From NCBI GenBank assembly GCA_010093605.1, contig MU004186.1, positions 1,592,616 through 1,656,615 of the forward strand: 64,000 nucleotides of DNA, in the 5' to 3' direction. Made by a program: the position numbers and the translations under genes. Within the stretch, counting starts at the first letter, position 1. The number at the start of each line of letters is the position of its first letter. Origin of the DNA: Lophium mytilinum (Eukaryota). The notes beneath the pieces were generated by a model, which saw nothing but the letters and a program-made list of their open reading frames with translations, had not been told where the DNA came from and did not search any database. This document shows positions 47,784 to 60,301 of the stretch, in pieces.

Positions 47784-49395
47784 ATGTCGTGGAAGAAGTC
47801 ACAGAAGCTGATGGACACCATCTCGGTGCGCCTTGAACCCTTCATCGAGTCACACAGGGATGCTAACCTCGATGCAGCACTACAGCAACTTCCCGGCGAC
47901 GGGTATGTGGATTTGCAAATGGATAGAGAGGGCGTCTTCTGACATGGCATGCAGGTGTTTCTCTACGGCAGATGGTCCAATTCGGCGAGAAGCCTTCCAC
48001 AGGAACCCTTTTCCGCGCTTCACAGTTCCTTTCCGAGGAGCTTCCCATACGGCTTGCACACCGCGTGCAGGAGCTCACCGAGCTTCCCGATGGTCTCAAC
48101 GAGATGCCCTCCATTGGGAGAGTGCGAGATTGGTATGCGCAATCGTTTGAGGTGCGTAGAATCTCCTAGTGTTCACCCTCTATCCCGAGCATGACTCACA
48201 TTGTTCAAAGGAATTAACCACATTACCTCGGCCCACACTATCGGCGGAAGTTAAGGAACGTCTACTAAAACCCGTGCGGCGGAATGGCAAAGACTCCAAG
48301 ATTCTTAGCCAGGCGACGCAGAACCCGAGCGTACAAAAGGGACAATACAAATCAGCACCCGACAGGAATGGCAATGGCAACGGCAATGGGTTCGACAAAA
48401 GGATAACATCAAGCAAAAGATACTACGCTGCGGCCGACGATGGCCAAGAATGGCCCCCGGAATTGCATCAATACAACATAAAGTTCGCCGAAGCTTTGGA
48501 GCGCATCAAGCGGCGGCACGACAGCGTCGTCACAACTGTTGGTATGTTACCACCTCGTGTGAAACTTGTACCGGAAGTAACTAAACCCACTCTTTGTGCA
48601 CAGCTCAGGGTATCCTCGAATACAAACGCAAGCGGCAACGAATGCAAATCGATCACAATATCCAGGCCTTCCTCGACCGTTTCTACATGTCCCGTATCGG
48701 TATCCGAATGCTCATCGGACAACACATTGCCCTCACCGACCAACGGCAGCGGTCGGACCCAAGCTATGTTGGAATAATTTGCACTAAAACCAACGTACGG
48801 GATCTGGCCGAAGAAGCTATCGAGAACGCTCGCTTCGTATGCGAGGACCACTATGGCCTCTTCGACGCGCCCAAGATCCAGCTTGTGTGCAATCCCGATA
48901 TCAGCTTTATGTACGTTCCAGGCCATCTTTCGCATATGCTCTTCGAAACCTTGAAAAACTCGCTGCGCGCTGTGGTTGAGACGCACGGTCAAGACAAACA
49001 GGAGTTCCCCGTGACGAAGGTCATTGTGGCTGAAGGTCGGGAAGATATTACCATTAAAATCAGTGATGAAGGTGGTGGAATACCTAGAAGCGCGATTCCC
49101 CTCGTCTGGACGTATATGTATACCACGGTAGACCAAACCCCAAGTCTGGACCCAGATTTCAACAAGTCAGATTTCAAAGCCCCAATGGCCGGATTCGGAT
49201 ACGGTTTACCAATCTCGAGGCTTTACGCAAGGTATTTCGGAGGTGATTTGAAGTTGATTAGCATGGAAGGGTGAGTCTATGTTACCTTCCTCCCCTTGAG
49301 AGCCCAACGCTAATCCGCCTTTCGTGCATAGATACGGCACCGACGTCTATCTCCACCTCAATCGTCTCTCATCCTCCTCAGAGCCTCTCCAGTGA
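47784..49395 (+). CDS. pkp1: mitochondrial pyruvate dehydrogenase kinase (PDK/BCKDK family); multi-exon
   Basis: GVSLRQMVQFG, EELPIRLAHRV, FLDRFYMSRIGIRMLIGQH, N-box ETLKNSLRA, G1 ISDEGGGIP, G2 AGFGYGLPISRLYARYFGG; ends SSSEPLQ*. Confidence 0.95.
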
Positions 49396-50021
49396 CAATC
49401 ACCAGTCATGAGGGGCGCAGTAGGAGACGGCCTATCCCAGCCCCAAGGATTGACGTCGAACGGTAGCATTTCCAGCTCACAACAATACTCGGCCGTATCC
49501 ATGGCCAGCCGCGCCATGCGGCTTAAACTAAGCGGCAAACTGTCGAGAGAGATCAGTGAGAGGAGACAGGTGGGCGATGCTGAGAGCATGGTTAACGAAG
49601 GCGGGTGGTGGAGAGACTTCGGCATGGAAGAGGGGATGTAACCGCAATATCTTTGATGTAAGAATTGGAGTTCTTGAGGCGCAACGTTCTGCCAAGAGGC
49701 AGTTGGTTCGATTCTTTGTATGTACGTATCGGATTGGACGACTTCAGCTGGCTTGGTGGGCGGTTTGGCAGTGTGCTTTGGCGAAAGGTGGGCGACGCAG
49801 CCTTGTTTCATGTGGAGAGAAAAACATGCCAAAAGGCTTGGTTAAAGGCTCCAAGAGACGGCGAAATGGGTCCTCTGAGAATATAAAGAAAATACCGTAT
49901 ATTCATAAATGTATGCTGGGTATAATGCTATAACTCCCTGACACCATGTCTACCAACCCGTCTGCGAATGCTAACTTTGCACAAACACACCCCAACGCTT
50001 TACCCCCTTAAATACCACTAC

Positions 50022-50733
50022 TCATGCCGCAGCACTCCCCCCCTGCCCACTCCCACCCCCTCCACCACCACTCCTCCGCTTCCCATCCTTCCGCTTCTGC
50101 TCCACCTTCCCGCGCCCGCCCTTCGACCGCGGCGACGACACCTTCCTCGGCGTCCCTCCCCTCGAGCTCCCACCACTCCCACCCACCGCCCCAGCCCCAC
50201 TACACTGCTGCTCCGCCGTCCTCGACGCAAGCGGACTCGCCGGCGCCGCCAATGGCGCATTCCCCGCCCGCGCCCGCTCCTGCTTCTCCTCCCACCTCCG
50301 CTCACACTCGTCGCTGTCGTTATCCCAGTCGTCCGCCCAGGCCACGTCGTCGGAGTCCTCGGCGGACGCGAAGCCGGCGAGGATTTTCTCGAAGTGGAGG
50401 CGGGTTTGGGGGACGCTCTGTGCATGCGTTAGTAACAGGTGCGTTTTAGATGACCAGTGGGTGACGGGTGTGAAATGCGTGCTGGGGCTCGCGTACCTCG
50501 TTCCGCGACGCCGCGTACCAGATCAGCATCTCGTTGCTCTCGAGATACATCGCGGCTTGTCGGCGGCGCTCACGCGATTCGAAGGTCTCGTCGCGCCAGA
50601 GCTCGGTGGCTTGGGCGTCGGCGGGGGAGGTGGTGGACGGGTTGGAGAGGGTGTGGGAGGGGCGGTTGCGGGCTTGGCGGTCTTGTTGGAGGGGGGTGTA
50701 GGCTGGGGCGAGGAAGTGGGGTTTTGGAGGCAT
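50022..50733 (-). CDS. hypothetical protein; 2 exons
   Basis: Exon 1 ...ESRERRRQAAMYLESNEMLIWYAASRNE, intron GTACGC..CTAAC..CAG, exon 2 SVPQTRLHFEKILAG..acidic/basic tail. Confidence 0.7.
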
Positions 50734-51235
50734 GGTCAAGCGTTAGAGGGTTTGGGAGATGGATGGAGGGGTGGAAAGAGGTGGGGGACGTGGGAAGGAG
50801 AGATATGGAGTTGGAGGAGATGAAGAAAGGGATGGGAGGGCAGGAATAGCACTGTCGAGCAGATCGGAAGCAGGCGAGGTGAGATGTGAGCTGTCACATT
50901 GTAAGGTGGGCTTTGTGAAGCTTGAGGGAGGTTTTGGTGCACGTGTGACGAAATGGCGGGTGAGGTTCCGCTATGGGCTTGGCATCAGGGGGTGGGACGA
51001 TCTAGTTCCGCTCCCCTTGTTGCCGGGTTCATGAACCTTTGGAATGCCAACTAGAATCACCACGCACGGATTTCATTGACTACCGTAGGTGCATATCGAA
51101 TCGTATGTATTGATGACGTAGTCTGTGTAGAGGATAACATAAATTATGCTCCGCCACTTTGGCGATCCAGCCTTTGATTCAGGCTCTCAACTTCTTCTTC
51201 TCTTGTAATTTCACGTTCATGGACATTTGATCAGG

Positions 51236-53580
51236 ATGTCAAGTTCAATGGCAACGTCACCATGTGTTCTGTGCAACAATTTCCCGCCGCCAACAAGTTG
51301 GATCGATATCCTAATGCTCAAGTTCACGCCTCGAGCGCTCGTGGACGCGGTCAAGGCAGGCTGTCCGATGTGCAAATTGGTTCTCGATGGCCTTGTACAT
51401 TTCAAGCCCAAGTTCGGCCCTATAGCTGACCTGGAGGAACTTCGCCTTGAAAACTATAACCATACCTTTGAGATTTCTGGCTATTCGAAAAACGAGGTGC
51501 TTAAGATGCGATTTGCTTTTTTCACTACGCCTGCGGACAACACACTGGATGATCTGCAGCCCTTGCCGCTTTCGCTAGGTACGTTGATTTATGCGATAGT
51601 CTCTTTCCAGGTCACTCGTACCGCCTCTTACTTTCAGCCGAGCGAAGTCAGTTTCGTTCCAGTCGCTTGTATTACAGTGACAGATCATAAGTCTGTGCGG
51701 GCTCCATTGGCACTGCTTGGGGTACCCCAATAGGATACTAAGAACCCGAGGGCGATGCCATATTTCAAGCAGTGCAGATTCGACTGCCTCTTGATGAACT
51801 CCCTACTTAGTCGCCAAGCTACCCCTAACGGCGATGTCGAGTATTGAACTAGGGAATAATAAGTTAGTGTACTCAGGCTTATGATCTTGTACCGCGGGAC
51901 TGTCTGCACACTAGCATGAGAAAGTCCTACTTCTTATGGACTCCTAGGTTGTTAACAATGTTGTATAGAGCCACTGTATAGTCGTTTAGTATCTCAGCCA
52001 ACGATCTCTGGGGATACGGCATCCGAATCTGCATTCGAATGGGCTTCTCGCACTCTACGAAATTGCATCAACAGTCATAAGAAGTGCAAGCTAGACCGCA
52101 ATACGAAGCTTCCCACCCGTGTTCTTGACGTAGGGGCTTCCCAACAAAGTTCATTGGAGAACGCTATAGAGGTAAAACTTGTTCAGTCATCTGGATTCTC
52201 TGCGCAATACGCCTGTCTCAGTCATTGTTGGGGAACGTCGAAACAGATCACAACAACCAGCAAAAACATGGATGCACACATGAAAGGGATCGCATGGGAG
52301 TCTCTCCCCAAGACTTTCCACGACGCAATAGTATTCACGAGGAGATTACGTCTACGATACTTGTGGATTGATTCCCTCTGCATTATTCAAGACGACAAGA
52401 ATGATTGGGCAAAAGAATCTGCCCAGATGGCTGCAATCTATCAGAACTCATATATCACTCTTGTGGCTACCAAGTCTGGAAATGGCAGTGGGGGCTGCTT
52501 TTCTTCGGCAACGCCCATGGATCAAGATCACCCTTTGACACCGCCTTTTGTTGAGAGCATCGCTGGGGAAGAGAAGTCGATCACGCGAAGCCGCATCTTC
52601 GTTCGCGAACAATTAGTTCATTTCAACGACATCAATACGACCGAGCACCCTCTAATCAGTCGGGGATGGGTATATCAAGAAAGACTCCTCGCGCCGAGGG
52701 TTCTCCATTTTTGCGCAAAAGAGTTGGTCTGGGAATGTCAAGAAGGGGTCGACTGTGAGTGCAACAATTACGACTCGGCACCTATGAAGGAGCTGGAGAA
52801 ATTCAAAGTTGCAGAGATGCTGGAAGATTGGGCTTTACCGAAACGACGACATCAGACTAGGAGACCTGTCACTCTTCTTTGGCATCAAATGGTACAGCGA
52901 TACTCCCGCCTTGCCCTGACAAAGCGAAGTGATAAGCTGCCTGCGATTGCGGGCCTAGCTCGAGAGATTGGACGTTGCAAACCGGGAAAATACCTTGCTG
53001 GTCTATGGGAGGACTCGCTTTACGATGACCTGCTGTGGGAAGCGGATGATAAGTGTGCCGAAAGGTTAGGCAGTTATCGAGCTCCATCCTGGTCATGGGC
53101 TTCGGTCAACGGAAGTGTACGTTTCTCCCTTCCTGGAGAAGGCACAATCTCAGACGGCTTTCTGGTGCTTGGTGCTATTTGTACCCCAATTAGAGAGGGA
53201 GATGACTATGGAGAACTCAGAGAAGCGCATCTCGACATTAAGGCTCAACTCACCCCTGCAAAGATTGTATATGGACCGAAGCTAGCTCTCCACGACGATA
53301 CGACTACTGTAGGCCATCAAGGAGAGCATACCTTCCTGGACTTCGATGGTGTATCGCTAAGGTCGTTGGAGACCGACTACTGCTTGATGCGAAAGGGCAC
53401 GGACACGTCCCCAACGGGGAAGTAGTCTACTGTTTTGGGCAATTCGATAGAGACGCTGACGGAATTGCGTCACTGGTAGTTCGCCGACTCTCTTGCGGAG
53501 AGAAGTACGAGCGTATTGGCTTGGTTTGGGGGGGCTTGAACCCGACAGAAAGGCCAGCCGAAAGGTTTCTTCTAGTGTGA
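51236..53580 (+). CDS. HET (heterokaryon incompatibility) domain protein with an apparent frameshift near the C-terminus
   Basis: LPTRVLDV, YACLSHCWG, LPKTFHDA, YLWIDSLCIIQDD, MAAIYQNS, RGWVYQE, YLAGLW, APSWSWAS; intron 51579-51968; main frame stops at 53425 and the YERIG tail continues in another frame to 53580. Confidence 0.88.
51711..51845 (+). repeat. dispersed repeat family B copy inside the HET-gene intron
   Basis: Colinear similarity with 16143-16270. Confidence 0.7.
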
Positions 53581-53818
53581 ATACATACGGTAAAAAGACT
53601 TAATCCTCGGGTTCCATCGCCCAAGCCTTATCTACCCTGCTTGGAACTTGGCATCACGCCTAGTCTTTCGAAACTCGTGGATTGTCTATAAACACACTTC
53701 CTTGCTGCATGAATTAAGCTTAATGCCTCTATCACCGTCCACTAACATATAGACCAATCCTCACTTCCCATCAGTTGAGTATTCATCAACCAGGACGACG
53801 AATCCCGATTCTATAGAG

Positions 53819-54215
53819 GGCAGGAGCGTGCCGCGTCTGCGGCCCTGACTTTCTTCTCCCGCTTTCTTTCGTTTCTTCTCTCATCAAGACACTTTCTCCA
53901 TCATCAACACTCCGTCAGCCTAGCACCCATCGTTTCCCATCAGTTGATTATCCATCAACCAATCTCTTCGTCATGCTCTTCTACTGCCGCTCTGCCGAGC
54001 GGATACTAGTGATAGTGCCACTGGTCATGTTGACAATCGGAGGGTCATTGTGGCCTGCTTTGACTTCAAAGGCGGTGAGGATAGTGTAGGCGCGGTGTTC
54101 CAGCTGAAGAGCATGATGAAGGATCGGTTAATAGAGTGAGGAGGCGTTGAGCTTGAAGGAAACGAAAGAGAGCGGGAGAAGAAAGTCAGAACCGCACACG
54201 CGGCGCGCTCCTGCC
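53819..54215. mobile_element. about 400-bp non-autonomous element with about 60-bp terminal inverted repeats
   Basis: GGCAGGAGCGTGCCGCGTCTGCGGCCCTGACTTTCTTCTCCCGCTTTCTTTCGTTTC vs GAAACGAAAGAGAGCGGGAGAAGAAAGTCAGAACCGCACACGCGGCGCGCTCCTGCC; no clear target-site duplication. Confidence 0.7.
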
Positions 54216-55132
54216 TTGTCCACCATTAATCTGACTGAAACAGAAAAAGCAGGACCGATTTTTCACCATATTGGGGGCAGGAGAATAGGGTATGCCAACT
54301 TGCAATTTTGACCTATAGGGTTTGCAGTTGGGAGGATGCTATATCGTCTGTTAGTAGATCTACGTAATGGGCACTATTGTACCTAGTTTCGTTGCATGTG
54401 GTTAGTTCGATGACGTGGATAGTGGGAGATAAGTATCTACTGTGGAATGGATCTATGCCTCTTTCAAGCTGTATATGTTGTCAGCTGAAGGGAAGACATC
54501 GAGCACTTACTTGCCCTGCCAGACACGGGGGGCATAAAACGGGGGGCATAAAAAGGGTGGCAATCTATTCTGCCTGTTATATATATCTACCACTACTTGT
54601 ATAGTACTTTAGTCAACTTTTAGGGTATGCTATAGTGCTCCGCTAGCAGCAGTGGATTATTCTTGATGATGTAGAGATCCGGGTGAAAGAGTAGACACAA
54701 GGTTATTGTGCTAGCTACTGGACGCTTCGCAAGGTAAATCCAAGCAGTGTTGAAATAGTGTTAGTGGTCTCACGTCCTAGTATTAACCTCGTGATGATAC
54801 ATGTGATACTAATGTCGATGTGTGCACACCTATCAGCCACTGTCTGAAGCGGCACATCGATCGTGCAGATTGTTCAAATGGGTAAGTTTAGAGCTCTGAC
54901 ACGACAGGGAGGGACTTTAGAGGCAGAAAGCCTCAAGCTTCAAGCTCCCTTAATACTGGTATAGCTAGTATGAGAAGCTCTCGTTCTAAAAGATCCTTGA
55001 ACAGCCGCTGACGCCGACTCGGGAATGGAAAAAGAAAACATATCGGATCTATAAAAACCGCCGATCCCTTTTTAAGACCATGACTTCATGCATGATTTGA
55101 AACTGAAACACCACCACCTACGCCCGCTGCGA

Positions 55133-55722
55133 CTATCGATGCATGGTGCACCGGTTTAGAGCATCCAGCAGCTCGGGTCTGTCGGCCAGCGCCTGGGTGG
55201 CCTGGGAGAAGGTCATCCACTGCCGGGAGCGCTTGTGCATCTCGGGCCACTGGCTCTCCTGCTTTTCTACGGCGCCCTCGAAGAAGTGGTAGGCGGCCTT
55301 TGGCGCCTGGGCCGTCAGCTGGTCAGGTTTCCGCCGCTCGGGGATCAGGCCGAGATCGTAGGTGATCTTGACGACGATGCCGGCCTCCTCCCAGGCTTCG
55401 CGCTTCGCGGCGTCCTGCGCGGTCGCTTCGTCGGTCTCCCAGCCGCCTTTGGGCAGCACCCAGCCGCCGCGGCGGGTGGACTGGATCAGCAGGACGTAGT
55501 ATTTGTCGGTCGAGAGGGGCACGATGCCCGCGACGAGGCGCTCGCCCTGGGAGCCGTAGCCTGGCGGGTGTCAGCAGGGGAAATTATAGAAGACAGAGCC
55601 TTCAGAGATTCACTTCCACGGCTCAACGCAGTGAAATGCTAGTCAGAGAGCGTCTCGTGATGGGACTTACGCTGGTTGCTACGCCCCGTGCGGGCCTCCA
55701 TGGACAGCACCTGGGCGGCCAT
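55133..55722 (-). CDS. DDP1: Nudix hydrolase, diphosphoinositol-polyphosphate/Ap6A hydrolase (Ddp1/Aps1); 2 exons
   Basis: MEARTGRSNQR|YGSQGERLVAGIVPL; Nudix box WVLPKGGWETDE..AAKREAWEEAG; WPEMHKRSRQW. Confidence 0.92.
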
Positions 55723-56610
55723 GGTCAATGGAGATTTCTTTGTTGAAGGGCGGGTGCAGAGGAGCGGCGGTGGAGGACGGACGGGTGCCGTTGAGGGACA
55801 GCGGAACTGCTGGGGCGAGTCTGGGCCGGATGCGGTGTGGATGCGCTTGCTAAGGACGCGGGCGAAGCCGAGTAGATACGACGGGGCAGACGGGGCAGTG
55901 GAGGTGGTGTTGGAGGATCGGGGAGCTTGGGGCTCGGGCTGGGGCGTGGTGCGTGGCGGACCGTCAGTCCCGCGGGGGACGGGGCTGAGGATACTGGAGA
56001 GAGCTGGTGTCGAGCTGTCGAGGCATCGTGGAGCGTGTAGGTGTTTTAGTCGTGGTTGAATCAGGGTCTTGAAAAATGTGGGAGGCTAAAAGGACGACTG
56101 AGCAGCCCCCGCTTGGCGCCTATCGGACCGCTGCTGGCGCAAAACAGCGGGGGGTTGCGCCCACCTTGTGCCGCCCATCTCGTGCTCCCAGGGCCGTTTG
56201 CCGTGCAGTCACGGCGGCCATGCAGGACATCAATCGCCCCCAGCGCCCCCAGCTGCCGGCCGTATGACGCGGGATGCTGCCCGAGTGTGCCTGTAACTGT
56301 AACCGGCCCCGCGCGGCCCAGTAGGAGGCCCAGACGGCGCCTCGTGGTGGACATCTGGCGATGCGATATCTGGTGTTTCGACGCCCGCCAACTCCACGTC
56401 TCCCATCTTGCCCATCCTCCGCACTGCTCGCTCTGTCGCCGCCAGCACACTCCTGCCGTTTGGTAATACGCCGCCGTCACGCCTGCAGCACCCGCGGCCT
56501 CTCTGCCCTGGGCCTCTGCTAGGACGCTGCTCGCCGCACAACATTGGGCCGTCGACTCTCTCCGCCGGCCGTCGAGCCCAGCACCCCGCCAGAAACCCCC
56601 ACTGCTCGCC

Positions 56611-58830
56611 ATGCAGGCCCTAGCCCTTGACGAGCGGGAGGTTTCTTTTTTGAGACCGATCGGTACGTGGTGCTCCAGTCACCGTCAAGCCCTGGCGCGC
56701 GTGCGAAATGGCTGGCTCAAATCGCCTGTCGCCCGCAAACCTTTAAAGGCAGCACCCTACCTCGCTCCGCGCTGCACATCGGCATGCTGACGACTCTTTG
56801 TCTCTCTAGGCTACTCGGCGGAGGATTGCGGATATTGCAAGGACGCACCCTCTGGCCGGAGGACCAAACAGTCTCGTGCGTACCACTCCCTTCACTGCAC
56901 TGTTCCGACGCCATGCCATGCTCGCGTGACACATGAGAGCAGCTCTTTGTCATTGCCATTATCGGTGCGCATTTTTATGTTGCTCAATGCCCAAACCTGG
57001 CTGTGGTGTTGTCGCGGAACCGTTGACGTTGATGGATGGTCACATGCTCGTCATGTGACCTAAATCACCCCTCCGTCCAGTCGCCTCAATCGATATCCGC
57101 AGTCTCGAATAATAGGGGCATGACATGCGAGGCAGATGCCACAGAAAAGCAGAACAGTTGCTTAGAACCCTCATACCTCCGATTGTCTGTACCATCATGT
57201 GATGTCTACAGCCACAGTCGCCTTGCACCTATAGCACACCAGCACATTGACAGCGGAACTGACAACTCAAACACACAGGCGCTTGTTATTATGCGTTGTC
57301 AAAGAAGTTGACCGTCGACCACTATCAGGAGCTAGTCGACCGAGGCTGGAGACGGTACGAACCTAAGCAATCTCATTCCGATTCATTCCGAATCGTACGA
57401 TAAACCCCCTTTGCTCCGTTTGAGCACGCAGAGATATTCGATCTTTTTCAAGACACAGAAACTGATATTCTCCACCAATAGATCTGGCCAGGTCCTCTAC
57501 AAACCTGACGTTCGACGCCACTGCTGCCCGCACTACACTATCCGGTTTGCCCAGCCATGCTCCTAAAATGCTACAGCCTTGCTAATCAGCACCAAGTTTG
57601 CCAGCATCATCATTCAAAGCTACGAGAGATCAGAGACAGGCAGTGAATCGATGGAACAAATACATTCTCGGCGAAGACTACATCAAGGAGGCAGCGAAGA
57701 AGTACCCCAAGACTAAGGAGTAAGCTCAAAAATGTGTCGTCTGCCCCAAGCAACCTAACCCGCAAACTAGGGAGAAGGCTCGCCAGAAAAACGGATTTAA
57801 CCTCTTATCTGCCATTCACGAGGCCGAGAGTACAGTAGTCAAGAGCCAACCAGAACCTGCTCATAAATTTGAAGTGACTCTAGAGCCCGACTCGTTCAGC
57901 AAAGAAAAGTACTTGCTCTTCAAGAACTATCAGACTGGCGTCCATCATGAGAAGCCATCCGAAGTTTCCGAGAATGGTTTCAAGCGTTTCCTCTGCAATT
58001 CGCCTCTCCAGAGAACGGCCCGACGTCTACTTGATGATTCTGCAGAGCAGCCGCTGGGATCCTATCACCAATGTTACCGCTTGGACGGACGGTTGGTTGC
58101 CATGAGCGTATTAGACCTTCTTCCCCATTGTGTGAGCGGCGTCTATTTTATCTACCACTCAGACTTCGAACAATGGAGTTTCGGGAAACTGAGCGCCCTT
58201 CGTGAAGCTGCACTTGCGCTTGAAGCAGGATACAAGTACTACTACATGGGCTACTACATCCACGATTGCGTCAAGATGCGCTACAAAGGCCATTACAAAC
58301 CCCAGCACGTCTTGGATCCCGAGACGTACGAATGGGTTCCTCTCGATGGGGAGTTCACTAGCCTGCTAGACCAGAAGCCGTACGTGTCGCTAGCTCTGGA
58401 GAAGAGGCTCAAAGAGAATGGAACGACCGAACCAGGCGCTGAAACGCTGGATGGAGACGCGGATTGTTTTCCACTGCCTCTCCCCGCCGATGCCGCTGCC
58501 GCAGTCACTGCCGGGACGTCCCTTTTCGACCTCAAGGTTCCAGGACTGATGACAGAAGAAGAAATAGCTGAGACAGTTGACCTAGGCAAGATCTCCCTTC
58601 GAGGACAAGGACGTATGATTCCAATGGGGGTATGTATTACCGCTGTATATTCGGCTTGATTTCTATGCGCAAGAAGGAGCTAATGTGTGGTATAGTTTGT
58701 TGATGCCGGCATCATTCATGTGTCGCATGATGAAGATAATCCGCAGACTCTGAAAGAACTTGTCACTGAATTAGTTGCTTGTGTGGGACCAAAAGTGGCG
58801 AAGACCATGGCGGTGGATTTGGGTGGGTAG
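56611..58830 (+). CDS. ATE1: arginyl-tRNA--protein transferase; multi-exon
   Basis: SFLRPI|GYSAEDCGYCK, LVDRGWRR|SG..YKPD..HCCPHYTIR, LGSYHQCYRLDG, FGKLSALRE, YYYMGYYIHDCVKMRYKG. Confidence 0.93.
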
Positions 58831-59299
58831 ACTATGACTGGTACTGGGCATGCGAGATTGTGCTTCTCCCAAAGCCATATTAGGCATATAGCTTGAATGG
58901 TAACAACATTCGTGATTTCTCACTGGATTGAAGCGTCTGTGAGTGAAGAAACATGCACCCCTGTACCTCCCCTAGGTACGAAGTATGGGCGGAGTATCGG
59001 ATTCAAGCGTGCAACAATCCAGATGATGTGTTCTGTCGCAGTGTGCTCCTCCTCAAGTATATATTGCGAGGGTAATGTGATCAAGCGTAAGGCTTACTGT
59101 TCCAGCTCATGCCGAGGATACGCAACGAATGCTAGCTATGAACGGGTTAGGGGTGGAATATCTCTAATGCTAACCGTAATTTATAGCCACATGCCAAAAC
59201 AGCGCTAGTGAGCGTCCGCCGTTATCCGTGCATCTCAACTCCCACCAAAACCTTGGAACCAGCCACGCACTTTCATATCCCAACACGAGATCAGACACG

Positions 59300-60301
59300 A
59301 TGTCGACGACGATAGCTCTGGTCGTCCGCCCTCGAGGTAAGACGCGTCGAGCATGCCGAAAAACCCTACCCTGACCCATTACTCCCAGGCAAGCCGATCA
59401 AGAACTTGCCCGAAGAGACCACGGTCGGTCGCGAGGACTCCGCAGCGGAACTCTACAAGTCGATTGCTGCGAGCTCGAAGACGTCTGTCCATCGACTCAA
59501 GATTACCAAGGGCAGCGATGGATCGGCCATACCTAATTCCAGCAGCGTCACGGTGCAAGACACTGGACTGAGGAACAAGAGCACGATCGATGTGAAGGAC
59601 CTAGGTAAGAAGCGTCCACTCCTCCCTCAGAGTAGATGCTAACAAAATTTACTTTAGGACCCCAAATATCATGGCGCACCGTGTTCGTTGTCGAATATCT
59701 AGGACCTCTCATCATCCACCCCATCTTCTACCTCCTCCTAACCAGGCCACCATCGGAACTACAGACGATATCCTTGTTGATGATAATGCTTCACTTTCTC
59801 AAGCGAGAATACGAGACACTTTTCGTGCACCGTTTCTCGCTGGCAACAATGCCCGCCCTCAATATCTTCAAAAACAGCGCCCATTACTGGCTGCTGGGTG
59901 GTGTCAACATCGCATTCTGGACATACCTGCCCTCCGCACCCACAGCAAAAGCGACCAGTCCTATATTTAAATACGCAGGCATTGCGATGTTCGTGGTTGG
60001 AGAGCTCGGGAACTTCTCAAACCACCTCACTCTTCGCGACCTCCGGAGGCCAGGCAGCACAGAGCGAGGGATTCCAAAGGGACTAGGATTCAGCCTAGTG
60101 ACGTGCCCAAACTACATGTTTGAGGCGCTGGCGTGGCTTGGGATCCTGTCGGTCAATTGGAGTCTTAGCACAGCCATATTTGCCGTAGCGGCGGTGGGAC
60201 AAATGGCTGTGTGGGCGCGGAAGAAGGAGATGAGGTACAGGAAGGAGTTTGGGGCCGAGTATAAGCGGAAGCGATTCTTCATCCTGCCTGGCATCTATTG
60301 A
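59300..60301 (+). CDS. TSC13: very-long-chain enoyl-CoA reductase (TECR); 3 exons
   Basis: Ubiquitin-like N-terminus, VKDLGPQISWRTVFVVEYLGP, HFLKREYETLFVHRFS, FKNSAHYW, VTCPNYMFE. Confidence 0.95.

Noticed and set aside
55730..56610. GC-rich ORFs between DDP1 and ATE1
   Set aside because: Stop-poor GC-rich divergent promoter/5' UTR region; ORFs overlap on both strands without domain signal
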